Shown here: one piece after another, positions 9,995 to 21,977 of the stretch
How the letters are laid out: each line of letters opens with the position of its first letter
How positions within the stretch are numbered: position 1 is the first letter of the stretch
From: an uncultured delta proteobacterium
GTDB taxonomy: Bacteria > Myxococcota_A > Polyangia > Polyangiales > Polyangiaceae
DNA length: 64,000 nt
Assembly: GCA_963850305.1 (NCBI GenBank)
Contig: CAWKKR010000008.1
Location: forward strand, 128,001 to 192,000
Reading direction: 5' to 3'
Made by a program: the position numbers and the translations under genes
The notes under the pieces: generated by a model
Seen by the model: only the letters and a program-made list of their open reading frames with translations
What the model was told of the DNA's origin: nothing
Database searches by the model: none

Positions 9995-11154
9995 GTCGCC
10001 TCGTATCGGAGACATTCTTCGAGAGTGGGATCCTGGACGGGATACGCGGCATGACCGCGCGCGCGGAACGCGCCGAACGCAACGAGCGCCCCGACGACCG
10101 CGGCGAGCGAGCAGCCATCCAGGACGCTCACGCGGAAGTGCCGGGGCTCGAATGCTGGAAGAACCAGGTAATAGACGTCGACCATGTGGATGGCGACTAT
10201 CCACGCGCTCATCGCGAAAAATGGAGCGGCGCGCCGCTTGAGGTCTCGCTGGAGCAAGAAGAAGAATGGGAACCCCCAATGCAATACGAGGAGCACGACC
10301 CCGACCCACTCCCAGCCGCCGCGCCAGCGATTGACGTACCAGCTCACCTCGGAGGGCAGGTCCGCGACCCATTGGAGAAAGAGCTGTATCCAAGCGATGT
10401 ACGTCCAGAAGACGATCATCGCGAGCTGGAGCCGGCCTACTGCATGATAGTGCTCCACGGAAACACCGGCCGGTAGCGCGCCGCGGCGCTTATCCACCAC
10501 CAGCATCACTCCGAGCAAACCGAGCGCCGCCACGAATCCGCCCGCGAAGATGTAGACGCCGTAGACGTTCGAAGACCACGTGGGCTCGAGGCTCATCCAC
10601 CAGTCGACCGACGTGAGCGTGACGACGAGAGAGAGGAACGACAGCCCTCCGGCTCCGAGCGCCACCATCCGGCGACGGAGCCCGTCCGCCGCCGCCGCAT
10701 CGCGATCTTGCCGGAGGGACCAGCGGCGAAGCAGCTCGGAAATGGAGATGAAGATCGCGAAGTAGACCGCCGCTCGAGCCACGAAGAACGGCTCGTTGAG
10801 CCATTGCGTCTTTCGCGACAGGAGTTCACGGTCGACCGCACCGAGCGTCGTTATCCGCATCCATGGGTACAGCCACTTCATCGACGCGAGGACGGGCAGG
10901 AAGAGCACCGCCAAGAGCGGCATGACTCCGACGACATGCTCGGTGGACCGGCGCAGCGCGACGAACCATCTGGCGTCGGATGCGTGCCCGATCATCAGCA
11001 CGAAGAGCGAACCGATGACGATTGTGAACGCATAGGTGTACGAAAACAGGTAAGCGAAGCTCGCGCGTTCGGGGTTGCTCACGAAGCCGAGCCCCGTCGG
11101 AACCCCGCCGACCACGGCGGCTAGCAGCCCGAAGAGAATGAGTCGCCGGGTCAT
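9991..11154 (-). CDS. actF: Alternative complex III membrane subunit F
   Basis: Multi-TM protein with WLNEPFFVAR, DWWMSLEPTWSS and FWTYIAWIQ. Position in the act operon. Confidence 0.88.
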   Translation of the reverse strand: MTRRLILFGLLAAVVGGVPTGLGFVSNPERASFAYLFSYTYAFTIVIGSLFVLMIGHASDARWFVALRRSTEHVVGVMPLLAVLFLPVLASMKWLYPWMRITTLGAVDRELLSRKTQWLNEPFFVARAAVYFAIFISISELLRRWSLRQDRDAAAADGLRRRMVALGAGGLSFLSLVVTLTSVDWWMSLEPTWSSNVYGVYIFAGGFVAALGLLGVMLVVDKRRGALPAGVSVEHYHAVGRLQLAMIVFWTYIAWIQLFLQWVADLPSEVSWYVNRWRGGWEWVGVVLLVLHWGFPFFFLLQRDLKRRAAPFFAMSAWIVAIHMVDVYYLVLPAFEPRHFRVSVLDGCSLAAVVGALVAFGAFRARGHAAYPVQDPTLEECLRYEAT

Positions 11155-11768
11155 GGTGCGTTCCTCGCGAGCTCGCCCTGGATGTCCCGAGGCAGACGCG
11201 CGACGATGGCGTGCCGGCTTCGCTGGAGCGCCCGCACGTACGCCACGACGGCCCAGCGATCGCGCAAGTCGAAATGCGTCCCGTATTGCGGCATGAAGCC
11301 ATAGCCGTCGCGGATGACCTCGTAAATCCGACCATCCGGCAGCTCCCGGATGCGACGTTCCTCGAGTGACGGCGGCCTCCGTCCCATGAACCCCGCGACG
11401 ACGCTGTCTCCATCCCCCTCGACCCCGTGACAGGCCGCGCACACGATCTCGAACTGTTCACGCCCGCGCTCGACTAGGGACTCGGTGACGACCAGCGGAA
11501 ACGCCGCGACGTAGGCCCCGTCCAGCACGCCATCCTCGACCGCTCCGTCAACTGGAACGGTCGAATACGCAACGGTGCCCGGGACGGCTGGGCGCATCGC
11601 CATACCGTCGGCGAAGAACGGACTCGGTGCATACGGGTCGTACCGCGGCTGCACTTGCATCCGGTTCCAGCTGAAATCGAGCTTCCGGAACACGTTTCGC
11701 GAGCGGCACCCCGCGACGAGCGCGGGGGCGAGCGCCACCATGGCGGCCATTGCGCGCGGTCGAATCAC
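11151..11768 (-). CDS. actE: Alternative complex III monoheme cytochrome c lipoprotein
   Basis: Lipobox VAGC, MQVQPRY, FFADGMAMR, CAACHG and DRWAVVAYVRALQ. Confidence 0.9.
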   Translation of the reverse strand: MIRPRAMAAMVALAPALVAGCRSRNVFRKLDFSWNRMQVQPRYDPYAPSPFFADGMAMRPAVPGTVAYSTVPVDGAVEDGVLDGAYVAAFPLVVTESLVERGREQFEIVCAACHGVEGDGDSVVAGFMGRRPPSLEERRIRELPDGRIYEVIRDGYGFMPQYGTHFDLRDRWAVVAYVRALQRSRHAIVARLPRDIQGELARNAP

Positions 11769-12281
11769 GGCGACCCTCCTTCCAGGTCGACCACGACGCT
11801 CCGAAGAGCCCCGAGGCGCCCCAACTCCACCTCGAGCTCGCCCAGGTCCCCGGGTCGCGCCGCCGCGTCCACCACGACGAAGAACCGGTCCACCGACGCG
11901 CGCTCGAACCCCTCCACCTCGAACGACGGATGCCATAGCCTCGGAAGGCGGCAGAACCGCAGCACGCCGAAGAACGCCGCGCCCGCCGCGAACAGGACCG
12001 TCGTCTCGAACGTGATGCCGACGTAAGCGGGAACGGCGTTCGTCGGGTGCCCGCCGACGTCGAGCGGAAAGTCCACGTTCTGTGTCCACCACAGGATCAG
12101 ATAAGCGACGCCCGCGCCGATGAGCCCGAAGAGGAGAACCCATTTCGGCAACGGAGATTTGGGCAGGGCGAGCGCCTCTTCGATGTTCCTGGCCGCGTAC
12201 GGCATGTACGCATCGAGGTTCGAATACCCTCGCGCCCTGAGCGCCGTGATCGCCCGGGCGCAGACGTCGGAAGAGTCGAAC

Positions 12282-12304
<23 letters not shown>
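11765..12304 (-). CDS. actD: Alternative complex III subunit D (DUF3341)
   Basis: LLGEFD...LDAYMPY, two TM helices, FETTVLFAA and RASVDRF. Confidence 0.9.
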
Positions 12305-13669
<1,365 letters not shown>

Positions 13670-13673
<4 letters not shown>

Positions 13674-16612
13674 GTCTCGAGCTCCGGGTTCGGGTTCGAG
13701 ATGCGCGCGAGGTAACGGGTTCGCGGCCGCGTGCCGACGTCGTCGAGGACGGCGTACGTTCGCACGTCCGCGTGGAGCCGCGAAACCTCCGAGCGCAGGT
13801 CCGCGACGTTACCGAACACGATGGCTTGCGTGGGGCAGGTTTGCTGGCACGCGGTGCGGACATCGCCGTCGCGGAGAGGTCTCTTTTCGAGCTCCGCGTC
13901 GATCTGCGCGCGGCGGATCCGCTGCACGCAGTACGTGCACTTCTCCATCACGCCGCGACCCCGGACGGTGACGTCCGGGTTCTTCCCCATGCGCTCCGTC
14001 TCCGGAACGTCCTGGTTATAGCTGAAGAAGTTGAACCGGCGGACCTTGTACGGACAATTGTTCGAACAGAACCGCGTGCCGACGCACCGGTTGTAGATCA
14101 TCTCGTTGAGTCCATCCGGACTGTGGACCGTGGCGTTGACGGGACAGACGTACTCGCACGGCGCCTTCTCGCAGTGCTGGCAGAGCATCGGCTGGAGGTC
14201 GACCACGGGCGCGCCGGGCTCCCCCCCGTAATAACGGTCGAGCCGGATCCAGTACATCTCGCGAAACAGCGCGACGTTCTCCTTGCCGACGACCGGGATG
14301 TTGTTCTCGACGGCGCAGGCGACAATGCAAGCACTGCATCCGGTGCAGGCATTGAGGTCGATCGACATGCCCCATTGCGGGCTCCCGTGCAGGCGGTTCG
14401 GTAAGATCGAAAGGGGGTTTCGATTGAACTCGCCGGCAAACCCGGGATCGGCCGTGAGCGCGGCCAGCGTCCTTCTGAGGGCAATCGGCCGGTCATGCTG
14501 ATTGGCCTCGGTTTGCGTGGTGACGATCGGAACGCGCGATCCCGTCTTCGCGATCTGCACGCCGGCGGTGAACCACGGTGAATCGACGGACCGCAGCGGA
14601 GCAGCGTCGGTTCCGACGCCGCGCCCCACGCTGCCGCCCGCGCGACGCCCGTGCCCGAGCAACACCGTGACCGCGCCGTCTGCGTGCCCTGGCTGCACGA
14701 ACGCGGGCAATTCGATCTTCCCTCCGGCGGCGCGGAGCGCGACGACGTCTCCGTTCGTCACCCCGAGTCTTTGCGCCATCACCCCCGAGAGCAGCGCCGC
14801 ATTGCCCCACACGATCTTGGTGATGGGTTCGGCAAGCTCTTGAAGCCAGGCGACGTTGGCTCCATCGCCGTCGCCGATGCGCGGATCCAGCGCGAAGTCG
14901 ACCTCGACCCCCGGCGCGCTCGGCGGGGGATTCGCGACGGCAGAGGCCACGTGCTTCCAGTCGACGGCCGGCGCCGACGCGGGCGACACCGTGTCGGGCA
15001 GAAGCCCGCGCCGGAGCGCGGCGTCGAGTGTCGTTTCCGACCTCCGTCTTGCCAGCTCGGCGTCGAAGCGGTCCCGGAGCAGGTGTCGCCCGTTTCGCTC
15101 GAAGTCCCCGAGAAGTGCGGCGAGCACTTCTGCGACGCTCTTTCCGTCGTAAAGGGGGGAAATGAGCGGTTGCGCGAACGTGACCGTGCCGTCGTATCCG
15201 CGCCCGTCGCCAAAGCGTTCCAGCGGATGCGCGGCGGGCAAGAACCACGTCGAGTGCCGGGCCGTCTCGTCCTCGTAGAGCGACAGGACCACGCGCTCTC
15301 GGATCTTCTGGAGCCGCGACGAAAAGTGCGCGGCTCCCGGGAGCGTGTACGCGGGGTTCGGTCCGAGCACGAAGAGCGTGTCCACCTTTCCCGCGTCGAT
15401 GGCGGCGAGGAGCGTCGATGGCCGATAGGAGCTCGAGCCCGCGTCCGGCATCGGCGGACGCGTGAACGAGACGATCGTGCCCGCCGAGCCCAGAGCCTCG
15501 TTCAAGGCGTGACCCAGGACGTGGACGGCCGGCGGCTGGCGAGCTCCGACGACCACGACGCACTCGCCGCGATGCGCGGCGAGGTCCCGCGCCGCGGCTT
15601 CGACCCAGGCCCGGCGCGGGTGCGCGCCGAGGAAGTGTCCGAGGTTCTCGTCCACTCCGCTTGCCGCGGGGACGGGCGACAGCGTGAGCACTGCCGAGAG
15701 GAGCGCCGCAGCCAGCGCGAACACTTCGCTCGCCGCGACGGCGAGCCGGTGCTCGGCCGCGGCACCGGTCACGGTGAGGTGCGACTCGACCACGTATAGG
15801 CGATTCGACGAGCCTCCCGGCTTCACCGCGCGGCGCGCCCGCATGAACCGTCGTGCCCAGGAAAGACTCATCGGTTCGTCGATCAAAAAGTCGGCATCGA
15901 GCGCGACCACCACCTTCGCGCGATCGAACCGATATTGCGGGTCCATCGCCGCTCCGAACGCGGCCTGCGCGCCTTCCCACCTCGATTCGACACCCGACGT
16001 CGAGTGGTAGAAAATCGAGAGCGCCGGGTAGCGTTGCCGGAGCCGCTCGACGAGGGACGCCTCGACGGCCGAGGAAGAGGGCTTCAGCAACAGCGCGAGC
16101 CCTTTCCCGCCGCTCGCGATCCAGGGCGCATTCGACGACGGTCCGAACGCGGCCGCGAATTCTTCGAACGACCTCGGCTCACCGCGCTGGTGGATCGCCT
16201 TGGCTCGCTCCGGGTCGTAGAGGGAAAGGATGGCCGACTGCTCGTGTATCCCCGCAGCGCCGAGGCTCGCAGGGTGTTCGGGGTGCCCTTCGATCTTCGT
16301 CGGTCGCCCCTCGTGACTCTCCGCGAGTATTCCGACGGCGTAGCCCTGCCGCTCCGAACTCGTTGCAAAGTAGCGAGCGACGCCGGGGACGACCTCCGGG
16401 GGACGATGAACGTACGAGAGGAGCTCCTGGCGCGGCGGCTTCGAGCAGGCATCGACGCCGAGCGACGACACGCTCGCGCCCAGCCACCACACGAACCGTC
16501 TACGCGAGAGCGCCGACGCCGGCACGAGCTCCGACGCCCCCGAACCGCGCTCGAGCGGGAGAGGCTCTTCGGCCTCGGCGAATGGTGCGTTGGGCGGCGG
16601 CCGAGCGGACAT
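13670..16612 (-). CDS. actB: Alternative complex III subunit B (molybdopterin-oxidoreductase-like domain plus Fe-S domain)
   Basis: Tat motif SRRRF followed by a Cys, [51 protein letters not shown] and CTYC. GAAGGAG SD precedes ATG at 16612. Confidence 0.95.
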
Positions 16613-16623
16613 CGGATACTCCT

Positions 16624-17319
16624 TCACCGGTGGCATCCCGTGCAGTTCACGGGAGGGTCGATGGAAAGCTGCTTTCGCAAACGCGCGCCGAGCACCTCCT
16701 GCGGCTCCGCGGGCACGTACCCCATGACGGTCACGAGCTCGGGGGGCCTGAGCTTCGCTTCCGGGTGGCGATGGCAATCGAGGCAAAAGCTCATCTGGAG
16801 ACTCTCCGCTTGATAGACGTTCGCCATCTCGTCGACGCGACCGTGACACGTCTCGCAACCCACCCCCTTGGCGACGTGAATGGCGTGGTTGAAGAAGACG
16901 AAGTCGGGCAGCAAGTTCACCTGCTCCCATCGGATCGGCCGGTGCTCGAACCAGCTCCGTCGAACGGGCTCGAGCATCGGGCTCTTCGTCCAGACCTGCG
17001 CGTGACAGCCTATGCAGAGCTCCGTTTCCGGCAAGCCCGCGTGCGGTGATCGCGCAACGTCGTAATGACAATAGCGGCAGGAAATCCCGTCGTCCCGGAC
17101 GTGGTGTCGATGGTCGAAGGAGACGGGCTGATCGATCTCCTCGCCTTGATTGGTGTGAAGAGGGCTCCTGACCCAGCCCATGAGGAAGCAGGGGGCGCCG
17201 ACGATGAAAGCCAGCACCGTCCACAAACCGGCGCGCGTTGCGGAATTTGCCCACCGCGGGAACGGCGCGCGACCCTGTGGTGCGTTCGGGGGATTCTCCA
17301 CGACGTCAAGCGTCTCCAA
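16624..17319 (-). CDS. actA: Alternative complex III pentaheme cytochrome c subunit A
   Basis: Five CxxCH motifs (CRYCH, CIGCH, CETCH, CLDCH, CTGCH) after an N-terminal TM anchor. Exact start is uncertain. Confidence 0.93.
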   Translation of the reverse strand: METLDVVENPPNAPQGRAPFPRWANSATRAGLWTVLAFIVGAPCFLMGWVRSPLHTNQGEEIDQPVSFDHRHHVRDDGISCRYCHYDVARSPHAGLPETELCIGCHAQVWTKSPMLEPVRRSWFEHRPIRWEQVNLLPDFVFFNHAIHVAKGVGCETCHGRVDEMANVYQAESLQMSFCLDCHRHPEAKLRPPELVTVMGYVPAEPQEVLGARLRKQLSIDPPVNCTGCHR

Positions 17320-17631
17320 CGTCGGCGAGGCACGGCCATTTCACCGCCGCCCTCGTCAATTCGACAATTCCCGTGGACAGGTCACACAGCGGGCGAGCGC
17401 ATCGGACGGTCGCCCCGCGTGGGAGAGATCGCTAAGGCCACATCGTCACGCGTCAACGCCTCGACACCGGAACCGAGGGCCGATCTTGCCGACGGCTCGG
17501 GCGCGCAAAACGACGGCGCGCGATCGCGCGATTCTTGCCCGCGAGCAGACCGGGTGAACGGAACCTTGTGGCCGATTGCAGCCGAGCGTATGGACCGTTC
17601 ACACTCTCATCGATAACGCCGGAGGCAGGAC

Positions 17632-18165
17632 ATGACCGACGACAACGACGCGAGCTGCGTCGCGACTTTCGACCGTCACGAAGATGCGGAGTCCGCGATC
17701 CGAGAGCTCCAGAAGAGCGGCTTCGACATGAAGAAGCTCTCGATCGTGGGGCGTGACTACCACACGGAAGAACATGCGGTCGGCTTCTACAACGCCGGCG
17801 ATCGCGTGAGGTACTGGGGAAAGCAGGGAGCCTTCTGGGGCTCCGTGTTCGGCATTCTCTTCGCTCCCGCATTCTTCTTCATCCCCGGCCTCGGCCCGGT
17901 CCTCACCGGCGGCATTCTGGGCTCGATCCTGATGGGAACGCTCGAGGGAGCCGCCGTCGGTGCGGCTGTCGGCGGCGGAGGCGGCGTCCTCGCGGCGGCA
18001 TTCGCCAGCATGGGCATCCCGAAGGACAGCGTCCTCCGGTACGAGGCGAGCCTCAAGGCGAACAAGTTCCTCCTCATCGCTCACGGAACGGCGAAGGACG
18101 TCGAGCAGGCCAGGGCCTCGCTCGCGAACGCCAGGGCGAGCGAGATCGATGTGCACCTGCCCTGA
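17632..18165 (+). CDS. General stress protein (YflT/DUF1269-like membrane protein)
   Basis: AESAIRELQKSGFDMKKLSIVGRDY, Gly-rich TM hairpin, GIPKDSVLRYE. GGAGG SD. Confidence 0.8.
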   Translation: MTDDNDASCVATFDRHEDAESAIRELQKSGFDMKKLSIVGRDYHTEEHAVGFYNAGDRVRYWGKQGAFWGSVFGILFAPAFFFIPGLGPVLTGGILGSILMGTLEGAAVGAAVGGGGGVLAAAFASMGIPKDSVLRYEASLKANKFLLIAHGTAKDVEQARASLANARASEIDVHLP

Positions 18166-18283
18166 GCGAAGCTACGAGGCGATCCTCCGTAGCTCGGCGA
18201 GGGCCTGAATGAGTTGATCGAATTCACTGAAAACGCGGAGCACGCGGCAACCGGCCACCCAGACCGGAAGCAACCTCCCACGA

Positions 18284-18300
18284 CTGGCAGGTCGATTGCA
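18284..18300 (+). promoter_or_regulatory. Putative sigma-54 (-24/-12) promoter
   Basis: CTGGCAGGTCGATTGCA has exact GG-N10-GC spacing and ends 46 nt before ATG 18347. Confidence 0.55.
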
Positions 18301-18346
18301 GTCCACTTCCTGAGGCGAATCGAACGAATCGAAAGGACGCGACGAT

Positions 18347-18532
18347 ATGCCCCGGAAACACGACCTCGAAGACAAGCCTGCCTCGTACGAAGACGATCAG
18401 TCCCCCTACCACTGGCCCCGCGGCGTCATCGTCGGCTCGCGAGCAGGCCAACATGCGGCTCAGGCGCTCGCAGTGGTGCTCTTCATCGCGATGGTCGTCG
18501 TGTTCATCGTCATGGTGACGCATCATCCGTGA
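18347..18532 (+). CDS. Small single-TM protein
   Basis: AAAGGA SD. 61 aa with a C-terminal TM helix. Confidence 0.55.
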   Translation: MPRKHDLEDKPASYEDDQSPYHWPRGVIVGSRAGQHAAQALAVVLFIAMVVVFIVMVTHHP

Positions 18533-18562
18533 GCGGTACGGCGGTTGCTTACTCCCAACACC

Positions 18563-19237
18563 ATGAGCCAGGAGCGCGACCCGGCCGAGCCCCCGCACGA
18601 ACCGCCGATACTCAAGTTTTTCGCCGGCGTGGGGCTCGGCATGGCGGCACTCTTGCTCGCCGGCTCCGTCGCCCTCGTCGCGTTTGCCCAGGTACTCCCT
18701 GCCGTCTTCGTGTTCTTCCTCGCGCTCGGTCTCGGTGCATTCAGTCTCGCCGGATTCTACGGATCGACGGGTGAGTCCGACGACCAGCGCGAACGCCCCC
18801 AGGTCGTCGAAGAGAGCGCGTCGGGCGGAGAAGAATCCCCGGAAGACCGGAGCGACACTGGAGAAGAGCGGAGCGACGCTGGAAAAGTGCTCTGGCTCCT
18901 GAGCTTTCCCCTCGCGGCAATGTTCATTTACGCGGGTCTGCAACAGCTCGGGGGAGCGGAGTTCATCGTGCGCCGTTACGAAGCCTGGGGGTATCCGTGG
19001 GAGCTCCGCTGGGCCGTCGGGATCGTCGATCTGATCGGTGGCGTCTGGCTCGTCATTCCTCGGCTGGCACGGTTCGGCGCGCTCCTTTTGACTCCGATCG
19101 CGCTCGGCGCCGTCTATACATTTCTCGCTCGCGGACAGCCGATCCTGGTGCTCGTGCCCCTCGCAGCGCTGGGCCTGCTCGCGTTCGTAGCCTGGAAAGG
19201 GAGCCGCGAGGGCCCGCATCTTCATGCCCAGCACTGA
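18563..19237 (+). CDS. DoxX-family membrane protein with extra N-terminal TM pair
   Basis: C-terminal half has FIYAGLQQL...WGYP...GIVDLIGGVWLVIPRL...GAVYT, which fits DoxX. Confidence 0.7.
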   Translation: MSQERDPAEPPHEPPILKFFAGVGLGMAALLLAGSVALVAFAQVLPAVFVFFLALGLGAFSLAGFYGSTGESDDQRERPQVVEESASGGEESPEDRSDTGEERSDAGKVLWLLSFPLAAMFIYAGLQQLGGAEFIVRRYEAWGYPWELRWAVGIVDLIGGVWLVIPRLARFGALLLTPIALGAVYTFLARGQPILVLVPLAALGLLAFVAWKGSREGPHLHAQH

Positions 19238-19537
19238 CGCGGGGATCGAGATCCGTTCCCGTCCGTACCGTCGCGCCTCAGCGGCGTCGAAATTGCCTCG
19301 CATGGCGCGTCCGTCGCTTCCAGCCATGGTGTCATGCCGGGCCATGGCGGACGCGGAAGGGCAGGCCGCGCTCGGGTACCGGCCTGTTACGCGTGGCTTG
19401 CGCGATACCTTGGCGCGGATCGCACTCGACACATCGCGGACGTCGGTGCTCTGGCCGAGGACGGCAGCACTCCGGGCGAGGACGACCGTGGTCGAAGCAC
19501 GGACATGCGCGTCCTCGACGAGATCGACGCTGATCAC

Positions 19538-19633
19538 GCCGCGGATGCGTCCGTCCTCGCCGCGGACGCGTCCATCCTGAGCGAGACTATCGCCGTCCTC
19601 GCCGCGGACGCGTCCGTCCTCGCCGCGGACGCG
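19538..19633. repeat. Left part of a 21-bp palindromic tandem array (4 units plus a partial unit)
   Basis: Units GCCGCGGACGCGTCC(G/A)TCCT(C/G) and variant AGCGAGACTATCGCCGTCCTC. Confidence 0.95.
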
Positions 19634-21185
19634 GGTGCAAACCGGGTGCTCTGGTGACACTTTAGACCGGGTCCCTGGGTGACACTTTTTGGGTGACGGG
19701 TCTGCCTGACGGCGGGCTGACGGCTAATTGCCGCCATGCCGTGGAAGGAAGCCCGGATCGTGGACGAGCGAGTTCGATTCATCGCGGCTGTCGCGGAGGA
19801 CCCGAGGGGAAACTTCACCCGCCTGTGCGCCAGCTTCGGCATCAGCCGGGCGAAGGGCTACAAATGGCTGGAGCGGTACGAGCGGCTAGGCCCGGCGGGG
19901 CTCGAGGACCAAAGGTCGGTCGCGAAGAGCTGCCCGCACCGCACGCCGGATGACGTGGTCGACCGGATCATCACGCTGCGGAAGCGGTTTCCATTCGACG
20001 GTCCCAAGAAGCTGCGCGTCCGGCTCCGAGACATCGATGGTGCTGACTTCGCTCTCCCCGCAGCGAGCACGATCGGTGAGATTCTGGATCGCTACGGGCT
20101 CGTGCGTCCGCGCCGCTCGCGGCTTCGTGTTCCGCCGAGCACGGAGCCCTTGGCCCACGCCGAGCTGCCCAACGACGTCTGGTGCACGGACTTCAAGGGG
20201 CACTTCGCTTGCGGCGATGGCACCCGCTGCCACCCGTTGACCATCACCGACGCGATGAGCCGGTACCTCGTCAAATGCGAGGGGCTACCCGGTGAGAAAG
20301 AAGGACCGGTGCGTGAGCAGTTCGAGCTCGCGTTCCGCGAGTTCGGAGTGCCCCGTCGCATTCGCTCGGACAACGGGTCGCCGTTCGCCAGCAAGGCTTT
20401 AGGCGGACTTTCCCGCCTCAGCATGTGGTGGATTCAGCTCGGCATCGTGCCCGAGCGCATCGAGCCAGGGCAACCGCAACAGAATGGTCGTCACGAGCGC
20501 ATGCACAAGACGCTCAAGGAGCAGACCGCCAATCCACCGGCTGCAACGCCGATTGATCAGCAACGCGCCTTCGATCGCTTTCGCGCCGACTACAACGACC
20601 ATCGTCCGCACGAAGCGCTCGGCCTCACGCCGCCTGCGCGACACTACGAGCCGTCGCTGCGTCCCATGCCGGAGCGTTTGCGAGCTCCCGCTTACGGCGA
20701 CGATTTCGACGTGCGGCGAGTTAACACAAGCGGGGTTCTGAAGTTCAAGGGCAAGCAGCTGACCGTCAGCACACTCTTCACCGATCAGCCGCTCGGTCTT
20801 CAGCGGGTCGACGAGGAAGAGTGGGACCTTCACTACGGCCCGGTGCTCCTCGGTCATGTTCTCCTGCGCAACGGCGAGCTGCGACTCGAGCGGCCGTAGC
20901 CCAGAGCTCAGCCGCCCCCCTCCATCTACCGCGTCCGTCTCTCGCTCCCGGACTGCGCTTCCGTCGCCTCCGGCTCCGTCAGCCCGAACCCGGATTGCGC
21001 CCGGATAGCGTCTTCGCTCGCTGAGGCTTTGTCTCTTCGCGATCGGTCCGTGTCGTTGCGCTTCCCGGTCTGTGTCTTAGAGGCACCCGGTTTACGTCCC
21101 CACAGCACCGAATCTGTGATTGAACAGAGCCGGACCTGTAACCAAGGGTCCCGGTCTATTCCGTCACCCAGGCACCCGGTCGCTC
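19634..21185 (+). mobile_element. IS481-family insertion sequence
   Basis: Imperfect ~45-50-bp terminal inverted repeats (ACCGGGTGC..GGTGAC...TAGACCGGG.CCCT.GGT.ACA). Flanking ACGCG duplication at 19629-19633 and 21186-21190. Exact ends uncertain by about 2 bp. Confidence 0.88.
19736..20899 (+). CDS. IS481-family DDE transposase
   Basis: MPWKE start, HTH FGISRAKGYKWLERY, catalytic WCTDFKG / RSDNGSPF / PQQNGRHERMH. Confidence 0.95.
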   Translation: MPWKEARIVDERVRFIAAVAEDPRGNFTRLCASFGISRAKGYKWLERYERLGPAGLEDQRSVAKSCPHRTPDDVVDRIITLRKRFPFDGPKKLRVRLRDIDGADFALPAASTIGEILDRYGLVRPRRSRLRVPPSTEPLAHAELPNDVWCTDFKGHFACGDGTRCHPLTITDAMSRYLVKCEGLPGEKEGPVREQFELAFREFGVPRRIRSDNGSPFASKALGGLSRLSMWWIQLGIVPERIEPGQPQQNGRHERMHKTLKEQTANPPAATPIDQQRAFDRFRADYNDHRPHEALGLTPPARHYEPSLRPMPERLRAPAYGDDFDVRRVNTSGVLKFKGKQLTVSTLFTDQPLGLQRVDEEEWDLHYGPVLLGHVLLRNGELRLERP

Positions 21186-21430
21186 ACGCGTCCGTCCTCG
21201 CCGCGGACGCGTCCGTCCTGAGCGAGACTATCGCCGTCCTCGCCGCGGACGCGTCCATCCTCGCCGCGGACGCGTCCGTCCTCGCCGCGGACGCGTCCGT
21301 CCTCGCCGCGGACGCGTCCATCCTGAGCGAGACTATCGCCGTCCTCGCCGCGGACGCGTCCGTCCTCGCCGCGGACGCGTCCGTCCTCGCCGCGGACGCG
21401 TCCGTCCTCGCCGCGGACGCGTCCATCCTC
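21186..21430. repeat. Right part of the 21-bp tandem array (partial unit plus 11 units)
   Basis: Same units as 19538-19633. Removing 19634-21190 restores a perfect unit. Confidence 0.95.
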
Positions 21431-21648
21431 GACGAGATCATGGTCGTGAGCGGCGAAATGCCCGTCATCCTCGAGTCCGTGTCGCCTGGGGACACTCGCC
21501 GTGGTCGTCATCTATACGTTTTTCCTGAAGACCCCCGCGGTCCGTCAATCGCATGGACGGCGCGAGCTAGCTTGAGGCGTTGGCGAGAGCGCTGGCACCT
21601 GCCGGGATCCATTGACGCCGCGACGCCGCCGGGTCACTGAGCGAAGCC

Positions 21649-21969
21649 GTGGGCTTCCTCGAGGTGCGGGCACGACGCTGGCTGGCGGTCATCGCGGCGG
21701 CGGTGCTCGTCGCGGCGTGCGGCTCTTCCGACACCCACAAAAAGGTGCACCCGCTCCTGCCCGACAGTGGCATCCGTATCGGCGACGGTGGCGTATTCCC
21801 CGACGCTTCCACGGCGCGATTCGGATCGTCGGGCTCCTCGGGTGGAACCGTCATGAGAGGCGGCGGTTACATCCTCTTCGGCGAGACCGGAGAAGTTCCC
21901 GGCACGAGCGGACTCAGCACCAACCCCCATTACAAGATGGTCGGCGGACTCCTGGGGCGAACCAACTGA
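21649..21969 (+). CDS. Small lipoprotein upstream of the collagen-like gene
   Basis: Lipobox VAAC, C-terminal Gly-rich beta segment. Ends 8 nt before the collagen ATG. Confidence 0.7.
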   Translation: MGFLEVRARRWLAVIAAAVLVAACGSSDTHKKVHPLLPDSGIRIGDGGVFPDASTARFGSSGSSGGTVMRGGGYILFGETGEVPGTSGLSTNPHYKMVGGLLGRTN

Positions 21970-21977
21970 GAGCAACG

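Noticed and set aside
19538..21430. 21-bp array as a CRISPR array
   Set aside because: Units are directly tandem with no unique spacers, and there are no cas genes in the window.
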